NCBI GenBank assembly: GCA_965235115.1
Contig: OZ249436.1
Location: forward strand, 30,876,001 to 30,940,000
Source: Laetmonice hystrix
Lineage: Eukaryota
Length of the DNA: 64,000 nucleotides
Reading direction: 5' to 3'
Positions 10,492 to 21,558 of this stretch are shown in pieces (the first letter of the stretch is position 1; each line of letters begins with the position of its first letter). The notes under the pieces were generated by a model that saw only the letters and a list, made by a program, of their open reading frames with translations, searched no databases and had not been told where the DNA came from. Both the position numbers and the translations under genes were made by a program.

Positions 10492-11240
10492 CCGTCATGG
10501 TCTTTAATTAATAACTTTAGACCATAATATTATACGTGTATTACTAATTTAAAGTTTGAAGGAAGAAACTTAATGTGCCTGGGTGTGATATTTGAATTTA
10601 ATAGTTACTTTTACAGAGGGGGGGGGTCGAAAAGAACAATATATATATTATTATATAGTTTCCTCAAGGAGTCCAGCGCTTGCCCAGCTAGGCTATTATG
10701 GCGATGTCTTAGCCAGGCACGCTCCTCCCATGCAAAACTCCTGAGGGAAGCACTGTAACTATAAGGCAGGCGCGGATCATGTTGGGGGCCCAGGGGGGCA
10801 TCCGTGATTGAGGCTGAGCCTGAGGCAGTGAGGCTGAGGGAGGAATGAAGAAAAGATTTTTTGTGTGTCCTCTGGCTGCTCTAATTAGACCCGAACTGTG
10901 TAATATAAATCTCCCCCCAGCTGCCCGATGGCCTAGTCTAAGAGTAGTACCCCAATTGGGCCTAACTCCAGTACAAGTAGGCCGGCCAGTACTAAGACTA
11001 AGAGTACACTGTACAACAGTCTGCCAAAAAGCAACTGAAGTCTGAACTGGCCCCGGCTTTGCCGTTGCACGGAACGGGCCTACCGTCACCGTGGCCGTGC
11101 CGTGGCGTTACTCGTCGGCAAGTTTTAAAGTTATGCTATCTTATTCAACTTCAAGGGCCATAAATAGGCCGGCATTATAAACCTATATGTCAATATATGC
11201 GGTATTGATGTCACTGAGTACCTAGGACATAACGTCTTAC

Positions 11241-11320
11241 CAAAGAAAGCCGCACTTCACCGTTTGAAGGCCCTGGATAGTGGATTGGCTTGACCTACAC
11301 CTACACCTCCACGCCACCAT
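11241..11320 (-). other. Candidate first exon of the P4HA-like gene (5' UTR or in-frame N-terminal extension)
   Basis: Starts just downstream of the NRF1 site on the minus strand and ends in a good donor TTTG|gtaaga (11235-11240). The ATG at 11320 is open to the donor and joins the 6081 acceptor in frame. Confidence 0.5.
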
Positions 11321-11333
11321 TTGTCTCGCACAG

Positions 11334-11413
11334 TGCGCATGCGCAGTTTGTTTTGTTTACTTCCGCCATGCGTAAAGATGACATCAGCCACGCTGCGTTG
11401 AGTCACGGTGAGT
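11334..11413. promoter_or_regulatory. Compact bidirectional housekeeping-type promoter and first exon of the BCL-2-family gene
   Basis: Perfect NRF1 palindrome TGCGCATGCGCA (11334-11345), forkhead TGTTTAC (11354-11360), ETS ACTTCCG (11359-11365) overlapping YY1-like CCGCCAT, AP-1 TGAGTCA (11399-11405). Plus-strand donor CG|gtgagt at 11408 and minus-strand donor at 11240 point outward on either side. Confidence 0.7.
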
Positions 11414-11817
11414 TTAACCAGTGGAGTGATCTGTGATGGTTGGCAGGATCGAGTAGACCTGTAAACGTTGAACGCATGATCCCATATTGGTCAGTTCTTC
11501 ATCGGCGATTGAACGGGAATCACTTCAAATGGCGCGAACGGGTGCACGGTGACATACGCTAATCGACAGCACGGTGGAGAAGTTTGCAGTTGTATGGATG
11601 GAGCCCTGACCCGGACTTGCGTTTTGATCCCCGCATGCAGTGGGAAATTATCTGTAAATCCTACTCATACCGTTGCGTAATCAAGTCTGAAACTTATCAA
11701 GCTAGCTTCTTTGTGAAGGAACTCGTCCTTCCGTATCATAACAATAGTGAATGTGGACACGCGGTGCTACAGACTGAGAGTGGTGATTGGTGTGGGACCG
11801 CTGATCGAACAACCGCG

Positions 11818-12158
11818 ATGATGTACGGGAATGCAGCAGAGCCAGAGGCCACCGGGCAACAACCGTCGCCGCCGCCGCCGCCCGAGAGTAGGCTCCGTAG
11901 GAGACGTGGGTCGTCGTGTAGTTTGGCGCCGCTGGACATTGACGCGGCTCGGCGACACTCGATAGACCTCGGCCAGGAGTGCATTAACCTCTTCCTAGCA
12001 TCCTCCGACAATGATGTAGCAGACAGTGAGCATGGTGACCACGGTCCCTCAATACGAGAGGTTCAGGAGGAAGGACAAACGCTGTTTGCAGATTTTCTAA
12101 AAGAGCAGATAGCAAGTGAGGGGCTGCAAGAGCCTCCGGTATTAACACCGTTAAGCAG
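11818..12158 (+). CDS. BCL-2-family apoptosis regulator, first coding exon
   Basis: MMYGNAAEPEATGQQPSPPPPPESRLRRRRGSSCSLAPLDIDAARRHSIDLGQECINLFLASSDNDVADSEHGDHGPSIREVQEEGQTLFADFLKEQIASEGLQEPPVLTPLS. Ends at consensus donor AG|gtgagt (phase 2) and joins the BH3 exon in frame. The last segment resembles helix alpha1 of BAK/BAX-type proteins. The start codon is inferred; the acceptor ctacag at 11772 precedes it. Confidence 0.75.
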
Positions 12159-13348
12159 GTGAGTTGGCGTCTAAAACTTTAATTCAGTTTCATTATTAGA
12201 ATTCATGGCTATGCTTGGGATTTCAGTGTGGCCTTTCCGAGCTAAATCCACAGGAATTAGCTTTGACATGATCATAATCCACTGTGTCCGTAAATGGCAA
12301 TTCAGCATCCAAGCACAAGGTTCTATGCACTGCTGGTCAACTTTAGAGATACATTACAGAAAATATCCATACCCACACAAACGAGAAAAGTATCAGTCAA
12401 AGTTTTATTTTGGAAAAGGTGGCAGATTGTTGGTTCTTCAGCCACAACTCAGAGAAGAAGGGAACTTAACATGTATGGATGTATAACATTACCAGACATT
12501 TGAAAAGATTTGGATTTTCATTATTTCGACCAGTTTAGATTAGAAAAGGAACTATTGCTCAGTACAGAGCTACCAGCAGATCAATATGTCATGACCAAGA
12601 CAATCACAAACATGATGGAGCCCTATGATTAAAACTTTAGTTTTACTGTGGGGTTGGTTCAGTGACATGTAATGACCGTGTCTTTAAGCCAGCCCCTGCA
12701 TGAAGGAGAGAGAACTGAATACTGCCCCACAACCATAGAAATGCCAGGAACAGGCATTGGTTCAGGGAATGTAAACTTGTAATGCTTGGTTCTTAGATCA
12801 GCACAACTTAGAAGGTTCTAGTCTGGTGGATAATAGATATAGCAATACACACAACTGTATAACACCAAGAAGCCAATGTCTGTCTGCTATAAATGCTCAG
12901 ATTATGTAATCAGAAAGATGTGAGACAAAATATATATTGGTGTAGTGGAATTTGCTTTAATCCCGCATCATCACCGCAGGTGCAAACAAAATAGAAATGG
13001 CTGTACCAGTTGAGGGGATCTCGACATATAAAACTCTGATATGTAAAATTCTCTTATAATTATGTATACTCAGAAAGAGGGGAAATGCGTTTAAGTGTCT
13101 CTGGCATACCATACTGATGAGTGTACTAATCAGTAAATATCTAATTACAAAATACACATCTTTAGATATTTTACTGTTTTACATATAGATTGCAAATCCC
13201 AGTCTTTCAATAGATTTACTTGATGAGGATTATATCAAATTCATCAAGGTTGTGCACATCAGTAAGGTAGTTTGGGAGAATGCATACACACATGGGGCGT
13301 GAAGATAGTACATGTATTTCAAGACTGACAGCAACTCCATCCTGTCGA

Positions 13349-13368
13349 GAGCATGTCCAGACATGCTC
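13349..13368. promoter_or_regulatory. p53/p63/p73-family response element
   Basis: GAGCATGTCC-AGACATGCTC is two RRRCWWGYYY half-sites, 20/20 match, zero spacer, both with CATG cores. It lies about 1.2 kb into the intron after the first coding exon of the BH3 gene. Confidence 0.8.
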
Positions 13369-15689
13369 ACATGTATAACCATGCACTTCCCAGTTCCAGG
13401 CTTCAATGTTAAATTATTCTGGTGGTAACCATCTCTAGGTCACTAAAAAGTCTCATATATCAGAGTCAGGTTGTTACTGGTGGGAAAGTGTGACTTAGTA
13501 TTGCACCCTCAGTGCCTCTTTCTCTTCAGTTTCTCAATTATTTAATTATAAAATCTATGTGTTGATCTTCTTGAATTTTTATATTAGCAAAAGTTATGCT
13601 AAAAATGGCGATGATCAAATCGACAATTCATAATGTATGAAGCCTTCCCAAATTTTTATTTCTCAAATTCTCAAGGTGTAATGGTAAATATATGATTTTC
13701 AACCATGAATATGAAACTCGAGTAAACGTAGTTTGTCAATATATTTTACAGCTATTTTAGGGCGTTATCATCCGTTATCTTGAGTTAAAATGTAGCACAA
13801 GTCCGACACCTATCATACTCATAGGTCGGTTGTGTATCAAGTGTTAACTGTGCCATATGATATCCTCCAGAGTCCAGTCTTACACCTAGCCGTGATGATC
13901 TCACTGTTTGGTCAGAGGGAGAGAGTGACAACCATAGCCTGCCTTATCTACTCAGGGCCTAAGTGTGGTCCAAAGTAAAAGACCCAATGTTTGTTTTCCT
14001 ATGAGATAGGACATGTTCAGGAGACGTAAACCCAATTAAGTTCTGGCATTTGTGCCAGCCATTGCCAAGAGTTTGGCTGGTAAACTGTTGTTGCTGACCT
14101 GGAAGCTGTCTTTAAACACAGACATTTAAGAACATAAGTCCCTTTTCAGATCTAGTATAAGAGATGCACTGTTAGAGAATTTTGAAAGCTGTTACTTTAA
14201 ATGAAAGTAAAGATGTGAGTTAAAATAAAAGACAGGCATGCATGTTAGTACCATCTTCTAAAACATAATCATTATCCTAAATCTAGTTTACAGAGTGGAA
14301 GATCGTAAATATTAACGGTCATTACCACCATAGTAGCTGACACCATAATGTGGAAATCCCATAAATCTATTTTTATTGACCAGGCTCAGAGTTCAAAAAC
14401 TAGATTGGTTTATATCCAACAACCACCATTATCTTAGAATATGATCTTACAGTAGATGCAGTTCATTTCTGGAACAGATCCTTATTCGGACGAATAGGAA
14501 GGGGGGGATGGCAAGGATTCTTAAATTTTGCACTGCGGGAAGAAGTGAACTATAGCCTCTGCATGCTAAGTGCAGCAATCACATGATTACCGTATTACAT
14601 GGGGAGACCGAGAAGATTCTACTTTCTGTCAATTTATATTTCAATCACAGTAGTAAAGTCACCAGTGGCAATGTGATTGCAATATGTTAACGATTGGTCA
14701 ATTCTTAATATTAGATCCTCTCCGTGTTCTTTCCGAGAATTTCCGACCTGGAATATTGAGTCGAGTTGTTAAAAGATCAACCGAGGCCAGCCACTCAAGG
14801 CGCCTGACCCAAAGAAGTCACCGGTAGTGTATAACACCAGAACTTCACCCGTACGCTGTTAGCACTTGGCTCTTGACGTTACCCGGTACACAAATCTGGG
14901 TAAACTTCACACTCAGTTCACTCCATTCGGCAGTCAGATGGCACGTTCTGGTAGATGGATTAACGAATTGAATACATGTTGTAAACATAACGATTAGTTT
15001 AATCCTTTAGTTATGTACCGTTGTATTATAGTGGCGGTAAGTTCTGGTACTCGGAGTTAAGGAGTCCAGAAATAGAACATTAGGACAGTTTGTGTTCCAC
15101 ATCTTTATCTGATGTTATAAAAAATGGATGTGATAGCAAAACAAAGATAGTTGACGTTTTTATAACGGCGTAATGGAATTAATATTTCCAGGGTAGAAGC
15201 CATGGAACAAAGAATTCATAATAATAATTGTAAAGTAGCTTCAATTTTCTCGTTTTTTATTCAATGAAAGAAAAAACCTAATAGTTTTGAAGTGATTCCC
15301 TCATCATTTTGGGAGTTTGACAGTCCCAATAATCGGCAAGTTAGGCTTGGCTTCTTCTTGTCGTTAACGTGTCAATTTTTAAACTGATCCAAATAAAGCT
15401 GCTGTGTCGGAAGTCATCAAAAATGATTCATCAGACTCCAGACAGTTGCGGTATCTTTGGATCATTGGTGCCGTGTCTGTCTGCTTGCCTGTCTGATTCT
15501 TGGCGCCAAGTCGAGCATGGCGAAGGTCAGAGAGTTGGCACTCTCCACGCAAAAGGCCAGCAGACTCTCCAGAGAACCCTTGCCTTAACAACCCCCAAGT
15601 CTGGCGGGCTCGGAGTGCAAGTGTTTGGCACCAGTCCCACCTGCCCCGCCACACACCGAGTGACACCTGTAACAACAGAGGGCGCTGCT

Positions 15690-15900
15690 GATGAGGAGCG
15701 CGCCCGTCGCCGCCGCTGACGCCGGGCCACGGGACGAGTCAGTGGACCGGGCCGCGACCCCGGCCTCCCGGGATCCCGGCCCCTCGGCCCCGGGATCCCG
15801 GCCCCTCGGCCCCGGGATCACGGCGGCTCGCCCGAGAGCAGGCAGCGGGGGCCGAGTACCGGGTAACTCGCGGTCATGCTTCGCTGGACCAATTCAGGTG
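15690..15900. repeat. CpG-rich island with a 22-bp tandem repeat built on the palindrome CCGGGATCCCGG
   Basis: Very GC-rich stretch in AT-rich intron. Unit ccgggatcccggcccctcggcc repeated about 2.4 times near 15768-15822. Confidence 0.7.
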
Positions 15901-16804
15901 TAGCCTGATTGATGGAACTGTTGCGGGAAGATGACTCAGTTGAGTTTAATAATAATAAAAATTAGCTTTCCTCCGGAGATACTTGCAGCCTTCCGTTAGG
16001 CCTAAATTGACAACTTATTGTCATAATATTAAACTCATATCTTGCCATAAGGCCTTAATGACACTTTAGATAGCGGATCAGAACTTGTAACTAATTACAT
16101 GGAGACGACTTGCATGACAACTGTTGCCATGCCCCGACACGTGTGAGAATGGACAACCCCCTTTCACTCCCGATCCCTGATATTGCCACAGCTGTGAGGT
16201 TTAACCCTCACATATACACAATGCTATTTGACCGTATCCATGAGGGACACTAATTACTCGGTGCCAATTAGCCAGTGCCAGTTTGCTGAGCGTGTGCAGG
16301 CAGCTGTAACACTAGACTCCCGGCTTGAGACAATACCATGCTCATCCGGTCTCTCTGCTGGAACCTTTCCAATCCCTAATCTACGGGTTATTATCAGATC
16401 AATTAAGAGGTCTTGACTGAGTTCATCAATGCCGTAGGAGGGCGGGGGTTCAGGTTGTTTTGTTACTGTCAAACAGTGGAACATCTACAATATATAAAAT
16501 GGTTGTATAGAGGTGGATTCAAGTGTGTGAAATATTTACCCCTGCCCCTTTACTGTTAATTAGGAGTTGACCGACGACTTGAGTGGGCTGTAAATATGCG
16601 GTTCGTTACATGGGGTAAGGTGTTCGGGTTAAGTTTAGGGTCGTAGATACAGTACACTGGCTTAGACCGCGGTGTCTCACCTTAGAATCGGTGACACCCG
16701 GAACAAAAGGGCGTGGCTGGTTAATCACTCGACGCAGATGGTCAGTACCCTAGGCCCGTGTCTCTGCCAGCCCCCCCCCTCCCGCACTATTGTTCCTTTG
16801 TTGG

Positions 16805-16821
16805 TGGCCGCCAGGGGGCTC
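16805..16821 (+). promoter_or_regulatory. CTCF-like motif inside a Sox/TCF-site cluster
   Basis: tggccgccagggggctc is near-consensus CTCF. Flanked by AACAAAAGG (twice), CTATTGTT, CCTTTGTT and CTATTGTG within about 16700-16915. Confidence 0.55.
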
Positions 16822-17720
16822 TCCCTGTGTGTCCTGGTGGCTGACAAGACTCGATGGCTGGCACTATTGTGTTGTGTTCTCATCACTCTCAAAGGGTCTC
16901 CTAACAAAAGGTCGCCTATTGGGAAGCAATGCAGTGAAAAGGTCAATTATTGCATGTTGGTCTGCGTGGGTGAGGTGCTGGGGTTGGTCAAGTTGGCGGT
17001 GTATGGAGTGCCGACGAGACAGTTAATCAGTGTTCCTAGAAGTGATGAGGTGCGGAACATTTCTGTCTTAGATGATTTTGCGGTGCTTTCTTCTCTGAGC
17101 AATGCAATTTGATTTAGTTGGATAGATCAACAGATCATTTGCTATTTGTTCTCACCCAATTTATCTTAAAATTAAAATAAAAAATATTGTACAATGGCTA
17201 TGAATGGATTGGATTAGATAAATTATCTGTTACCTATAGTTCCAGGTGAACACAGAAGTATCTCTTACAAAAGCATCTTCACACAATTTATAACCTTATG
17301 GCATTCCATAGAAACGTGGGTCAGTTCCTCCAGCAACATCAAGGTTAATTGCCGTGAAGGTGTTGGAGAGTATTTACATTGTACATGATATGTTGTGATA
17401 GGAAATGAGACCCAGATTACAATCGCATATATTGCCTGGCACATGCAGACCGGACTAGATTTGCCACTTTCTCTGCAGCCTGCCGTTGGTGTTGATGAAC
17501 AGTTAATACAAATGTATATTTGCGGCGAACCATTTGGTCTCGCTTTGGTATGCGCAATTGATTGTCAGTTAGTAGTTTGCCTTGCTTTATTAAAGATTAA
17601 AACAACGTTTGAATTTTAAATCACTATTGCATTATCTGAATGAGTAGTTTCAATGAGTGATTAACCTTGCAGATTCGTCCCATGTATTGATCTTTTCTTG
17701 TAATTTGTATGTTTTCATAG

Positions 17721-17838
17721 TTCACTGAATCAATACAAAAATCCATTATGGGCCAAGGCGGGACGGGAGCTCCGAGAAATGGCAGACGAATTCTCCAGAA
17801 CACACAAACGCCGCCAGATACAACATAGAGCACAATCT
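17721..17838 (+). CDS. BCL-2-family apoptosis regulator, BH3-encoding exon
   Basis: Acceptor gttttcatag| and donor |gtaagt, 118 nt, phase 2 in (matching the upstream exon) and phase 0 out. Translates SSLNQYKNPLWAKAGRELREMADEFSRTHKRRQIQHRAQS, containing the BH3 pattern L-x-x-x-(G/A/S)-D-E-F. Confidence 0.88.
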
Positions 17839-20800
17839 GTAAGTTACTTTTTATTATACCCCTCTGTGGTGTATTCTTTGCTTGTTTCTTTTGTAGCCTT
17901 AGCAGATTCCTCCGTTCGACAGCTTCATTCAGAGGTCGCTTTTTTTGCATGGCTACTTGTTGCAACAGTAGAATGAAACACGGTAGAGCTCGGTCAGGTG
18001 GCGGAAAGTTAGCTTTAAGGAGGGAATAGGAATGTGTGTCTTCATTAGTAGCTGGGCTACAAATATAGGTATTGATATTGGTAGGTATTCATCTGCTAAC
18101 ATTTTCTGTCTTGTTTAAAACTGTTATAAAGGTGATTAAAAATTATAGCCTTCAATTGATTGAGCCGTATAATATGGCACATTCTCCAGAAAATGTGTAC
18201 CGTAGACGGTGGGCTTCTATAGATTAACTTCTGTCTTAGAGTCGGTGGCACAAAAGAAGGATGCAAGGTTCTTATCATGTATTAGTATATAATTTAACTT
18301 GCCCATTGTTGTATTCGATTACTTTATCATTCATAACAACTAAGATACATCATACCCTAAATAAATCTAAAAATAACCAGTGATAATAAACAAGAAAATG
18401 GACATTTATAACTAAAAATGGTCATTGTCGGTTTAGGCATATTCAGCCGTGTTCTTTCATTAGTCACAATTCAAGTTTGATATCAGCACAAAGAGTGCAT
18501 TATGCATATATAATAGTCCCGCATGGTGCACATCTATACGGTCAAACCGCAAGTAGAATCTATCCATATTAATGTCCCAATTAATGCCTTAAACATAATT
18601 GTTTGTTATATGATCTCAGCAAGTAGTCAACATAAAGTAAGCCCGAGTAGTTTATTCCGCGGTATGTTGTCCGACAGATCGCACAACATTTGTATACAGA
18701 ATGGGACGTGGGAAGTGTTGTGCTAGGAAGATCAACCCTCTATCAGGAGTGCTGGTGTGGTAGATCTCTATGTCTTCTCGGGGCCGACTTTGTTTATTAT
18801 CGTTTCCAACCAAGCATCCCTGTCTCACTACCTTGGCTGGCACCCTGTTGAGAGGAGTTTGGGTTTGGACCTTCTTAACTTTCCTCCACTGTCCAGGCCC
18901 TGGGAATACCGCGGCCATCGGGGCCCTTATCGTGGCTTAAACGGCAGCGACCGGCCGCCAGATCGGCTGCCGAGAGGGCGGGGGGCGTTAATAAGGGCTG
19001 CCTCTAAAGTTCCTCGGCGATGCTCATGTCAGCATTTCAGCTGTCTGGATGGCCAGAATATGGATGGCCTGGGCTGAGTCATCCACCCGGACAGACAGGC
19101 TGAAGGGATCGTGAAGAGACGAGGCCGAGTTTTTCTACACCAGGGTGCCAAGGAGGGTCTAAATACCTTGGGGCACGGTGACCCCAGAGCCATGACACTG
19201 CTTATACTTGGAGAGGCTGATAAGTTGGAGTTAGCCACTATCATCACGGGGCTACTCTTCACTGTATAAAGAATGGCAGTGATGCCTGGGCACGGGGGAC
19301 GTTGTGTAAACTATAGTTCTTTGTCTGGATATATGCTGAGGACAGTTGTTATAGGTTTGAACATTGATGAATTATTTTGTACGGAAGCTGTTAAAAATTA
19401 TGTAAATTGATACATCACAGAAATAAACATATTGCCCGACGAGGAAGAAAGGAAGACAGGATGTCGTCAAGGACCACTAAAGACATCTCATGTGTGTAGA
19501 ACTTAGTTAAGAATACACAGATGATGAAACCCAGATTTATCCGCGTTTTTACTTCTATCAAGGCTTTATTTTTGAATGTAAAAACGTTACATAAGTTTAG
19601 GCTTTTACAGCTCTAGGATTGGCATTGACAAAAACAAGGTTTAGTTGACGTGTTTTAATTTAAGGCCATTGGATGTTGTTGTATCGCTATCTAAAGACGC
19701 TTAGTATCAATCAATGACCCTGAAAGGACGTGCAAGACACAAGGAAAACTAAGTGTCAAACATTGAAGCACCAAAAGTTAAAAACAACGAACTTTGCAAA
19801 AATGTACAACGGGACACGTTGCAGTGGGTCGATGAAGTAGAGAGGGTTTTCGAGTAGGGGAGGGGGCAGGGGGTGTTCACCCAGGGTTTGTGAGGGGGCA
19901 GTCCAGGGTGTAGACCTGGCTGTATCCAGTAACCCTCTACCATGTTTTAACATGGTGTAGTCCACTCTCTAGTGCTGACGGACCCTGGACCGGACCCTCG
20001 ACAGACAGATGGCCAGGGTTAGAACGATAAAGTCACGGTGGGGAAGTCTCACTTCGGGATTGCAGATGGTAGACACGGTGTCTTATCTGGAGGATTTAAA
20101 GTGTGTGACCAATTAGCTCTTCAACAAGACCGTTTACTTCTTGCTAAATGAAAAAGGCCGTTTCTAACAAATATTTTTATAAAGTTGTAAACAGTGAAAT
20201 GGTTATATGTATACCGTACGTTAATTTGGGAGCGTTCGATTCTTGACGATAATTTAGTGTTCAGGTAACATCTGGTTGAAATAATCACTTGTAAAACGCA
20301 TGCACCACCAACACATGGCAAGTATCGCCGAGTAAACAGATTGTGTGTTTGGTGGGTACGTTGCCTTCCTCATTCATTTTAGATCCCGCAGAGTTTACTG
20401 GCGCTAAACAGTGGCTTGAAAGGCTATGTGCAATAGTTATATAATGCTTGGACCAGCATTCAACAATATTGAGGCCACCTTTATTGTTGACGGCCAAGCA
20501 ATAAGGCCGATTGACCAACTTTAACTAAGCTTTCGTAACAGGTTATCCGTGCATATATATAGAGCAATCGATTTTCCTTCCTGGGGTTCGGTTGTAAATC
20601 TGAATGTTAAAAGATATATTAGATAGCCCAGAATTAAGTGTTTGTTAAAACCTATGGCACAATATCGTGGTATTATGCTACGTACTAACAAAGCCAAAGG
20701 AGCAAACCAGGAAACGTGGAATGCTGTTGCTGGACTTTAGCCCAGTTTGAACTCTTGGACCCTTATCAAAGGTAAAACCGTAGCGAGATCTGAACGGATC

Positions 20801-21558
20801 GGATGCCTTTGAAGGTTTGGTGCCATTCATCATGTGATCGTCAAGAACTGCCCCCATTACTCTAGTGATTTGTATGCTTGTCAATGCCCCTAAGGCAGTT
20901 TCCAAGGTTAGACAAAGAATCTAACTTCCCTCTTCGGGCTGTGATTACATGGTTATCGCCAACCAAACGGCTTCAGGTTTCACACAGGTAACATATGAGA
21001 AGTTTATCGGAGCAGAGCCAAGACTTGCATAGTTACGTACGGAAACGTCATCGGTGAATTCACGTCCCTCCTCAACCAATATTGGCAATCGCTGTCATTC
21101 CATAATAACGTCACGCACATTTAAAGAAGCGAGTGAAAAAAGCGACCCCAAGGTGGTGTTATTTTGAAATATGACGCCGCCGAATGAGACGGGCGGCAGG
21201 TGTTGAGTGCCGTCCTTCTCCGATAAAGTTAGATGAGATCCATTCTTTGGGGGGATGGAGAAATATTGATGGCAATTATTGGGAGGGGGGTCAAGTAGCA
21301 GGTTTGTGGCTGGGGGCTGACTTGCTGTGTCATGGAAGGCCGGTTGTTGTGGTTCACAACATCATGGCCCGCCACTGTTGTGGAGTGCTGGTCATACGTC
21401 ACTGTCGCCACCGAGGATGAAAAAGTAAATAGCCCCTGGATGGGCGGTGACGGAGAGTCTGCGCTTGGCAACACGGTTCGGCTTCAGACGGACGCGCATC
21501 GAGCGCCACCACGAGCTCAGAGCGTTTGCATGCTGCATGTGTATAGTCCTGCCTGTAT

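Noticed and set aside
11584-11817. N-terminal 78 codons of the 192-aa ORF as protein
   Set aside because: Begins at TTG and lies in what looks like the intron between the 11408 donor and the 11772 acceptor; ATG 11818 is preferred, although this is not proven.
16605-17112. VTWGKV (BH1-like) and LRIGD (BH3-like) words and the 146-aa ORF
   Set aside because: They lie upstream of the true BH3 exon, lack compatible splice sites or hit stops quickly, and the surrounding sequence looks like an enhancer.
21184-21420. EIHSLGGWRNI as a BH2 exon
   Set aside because: Lacks the first conserved Trp of BH2, has no suitable acceptor or preceding BH1, and GGW arises from a G-run.
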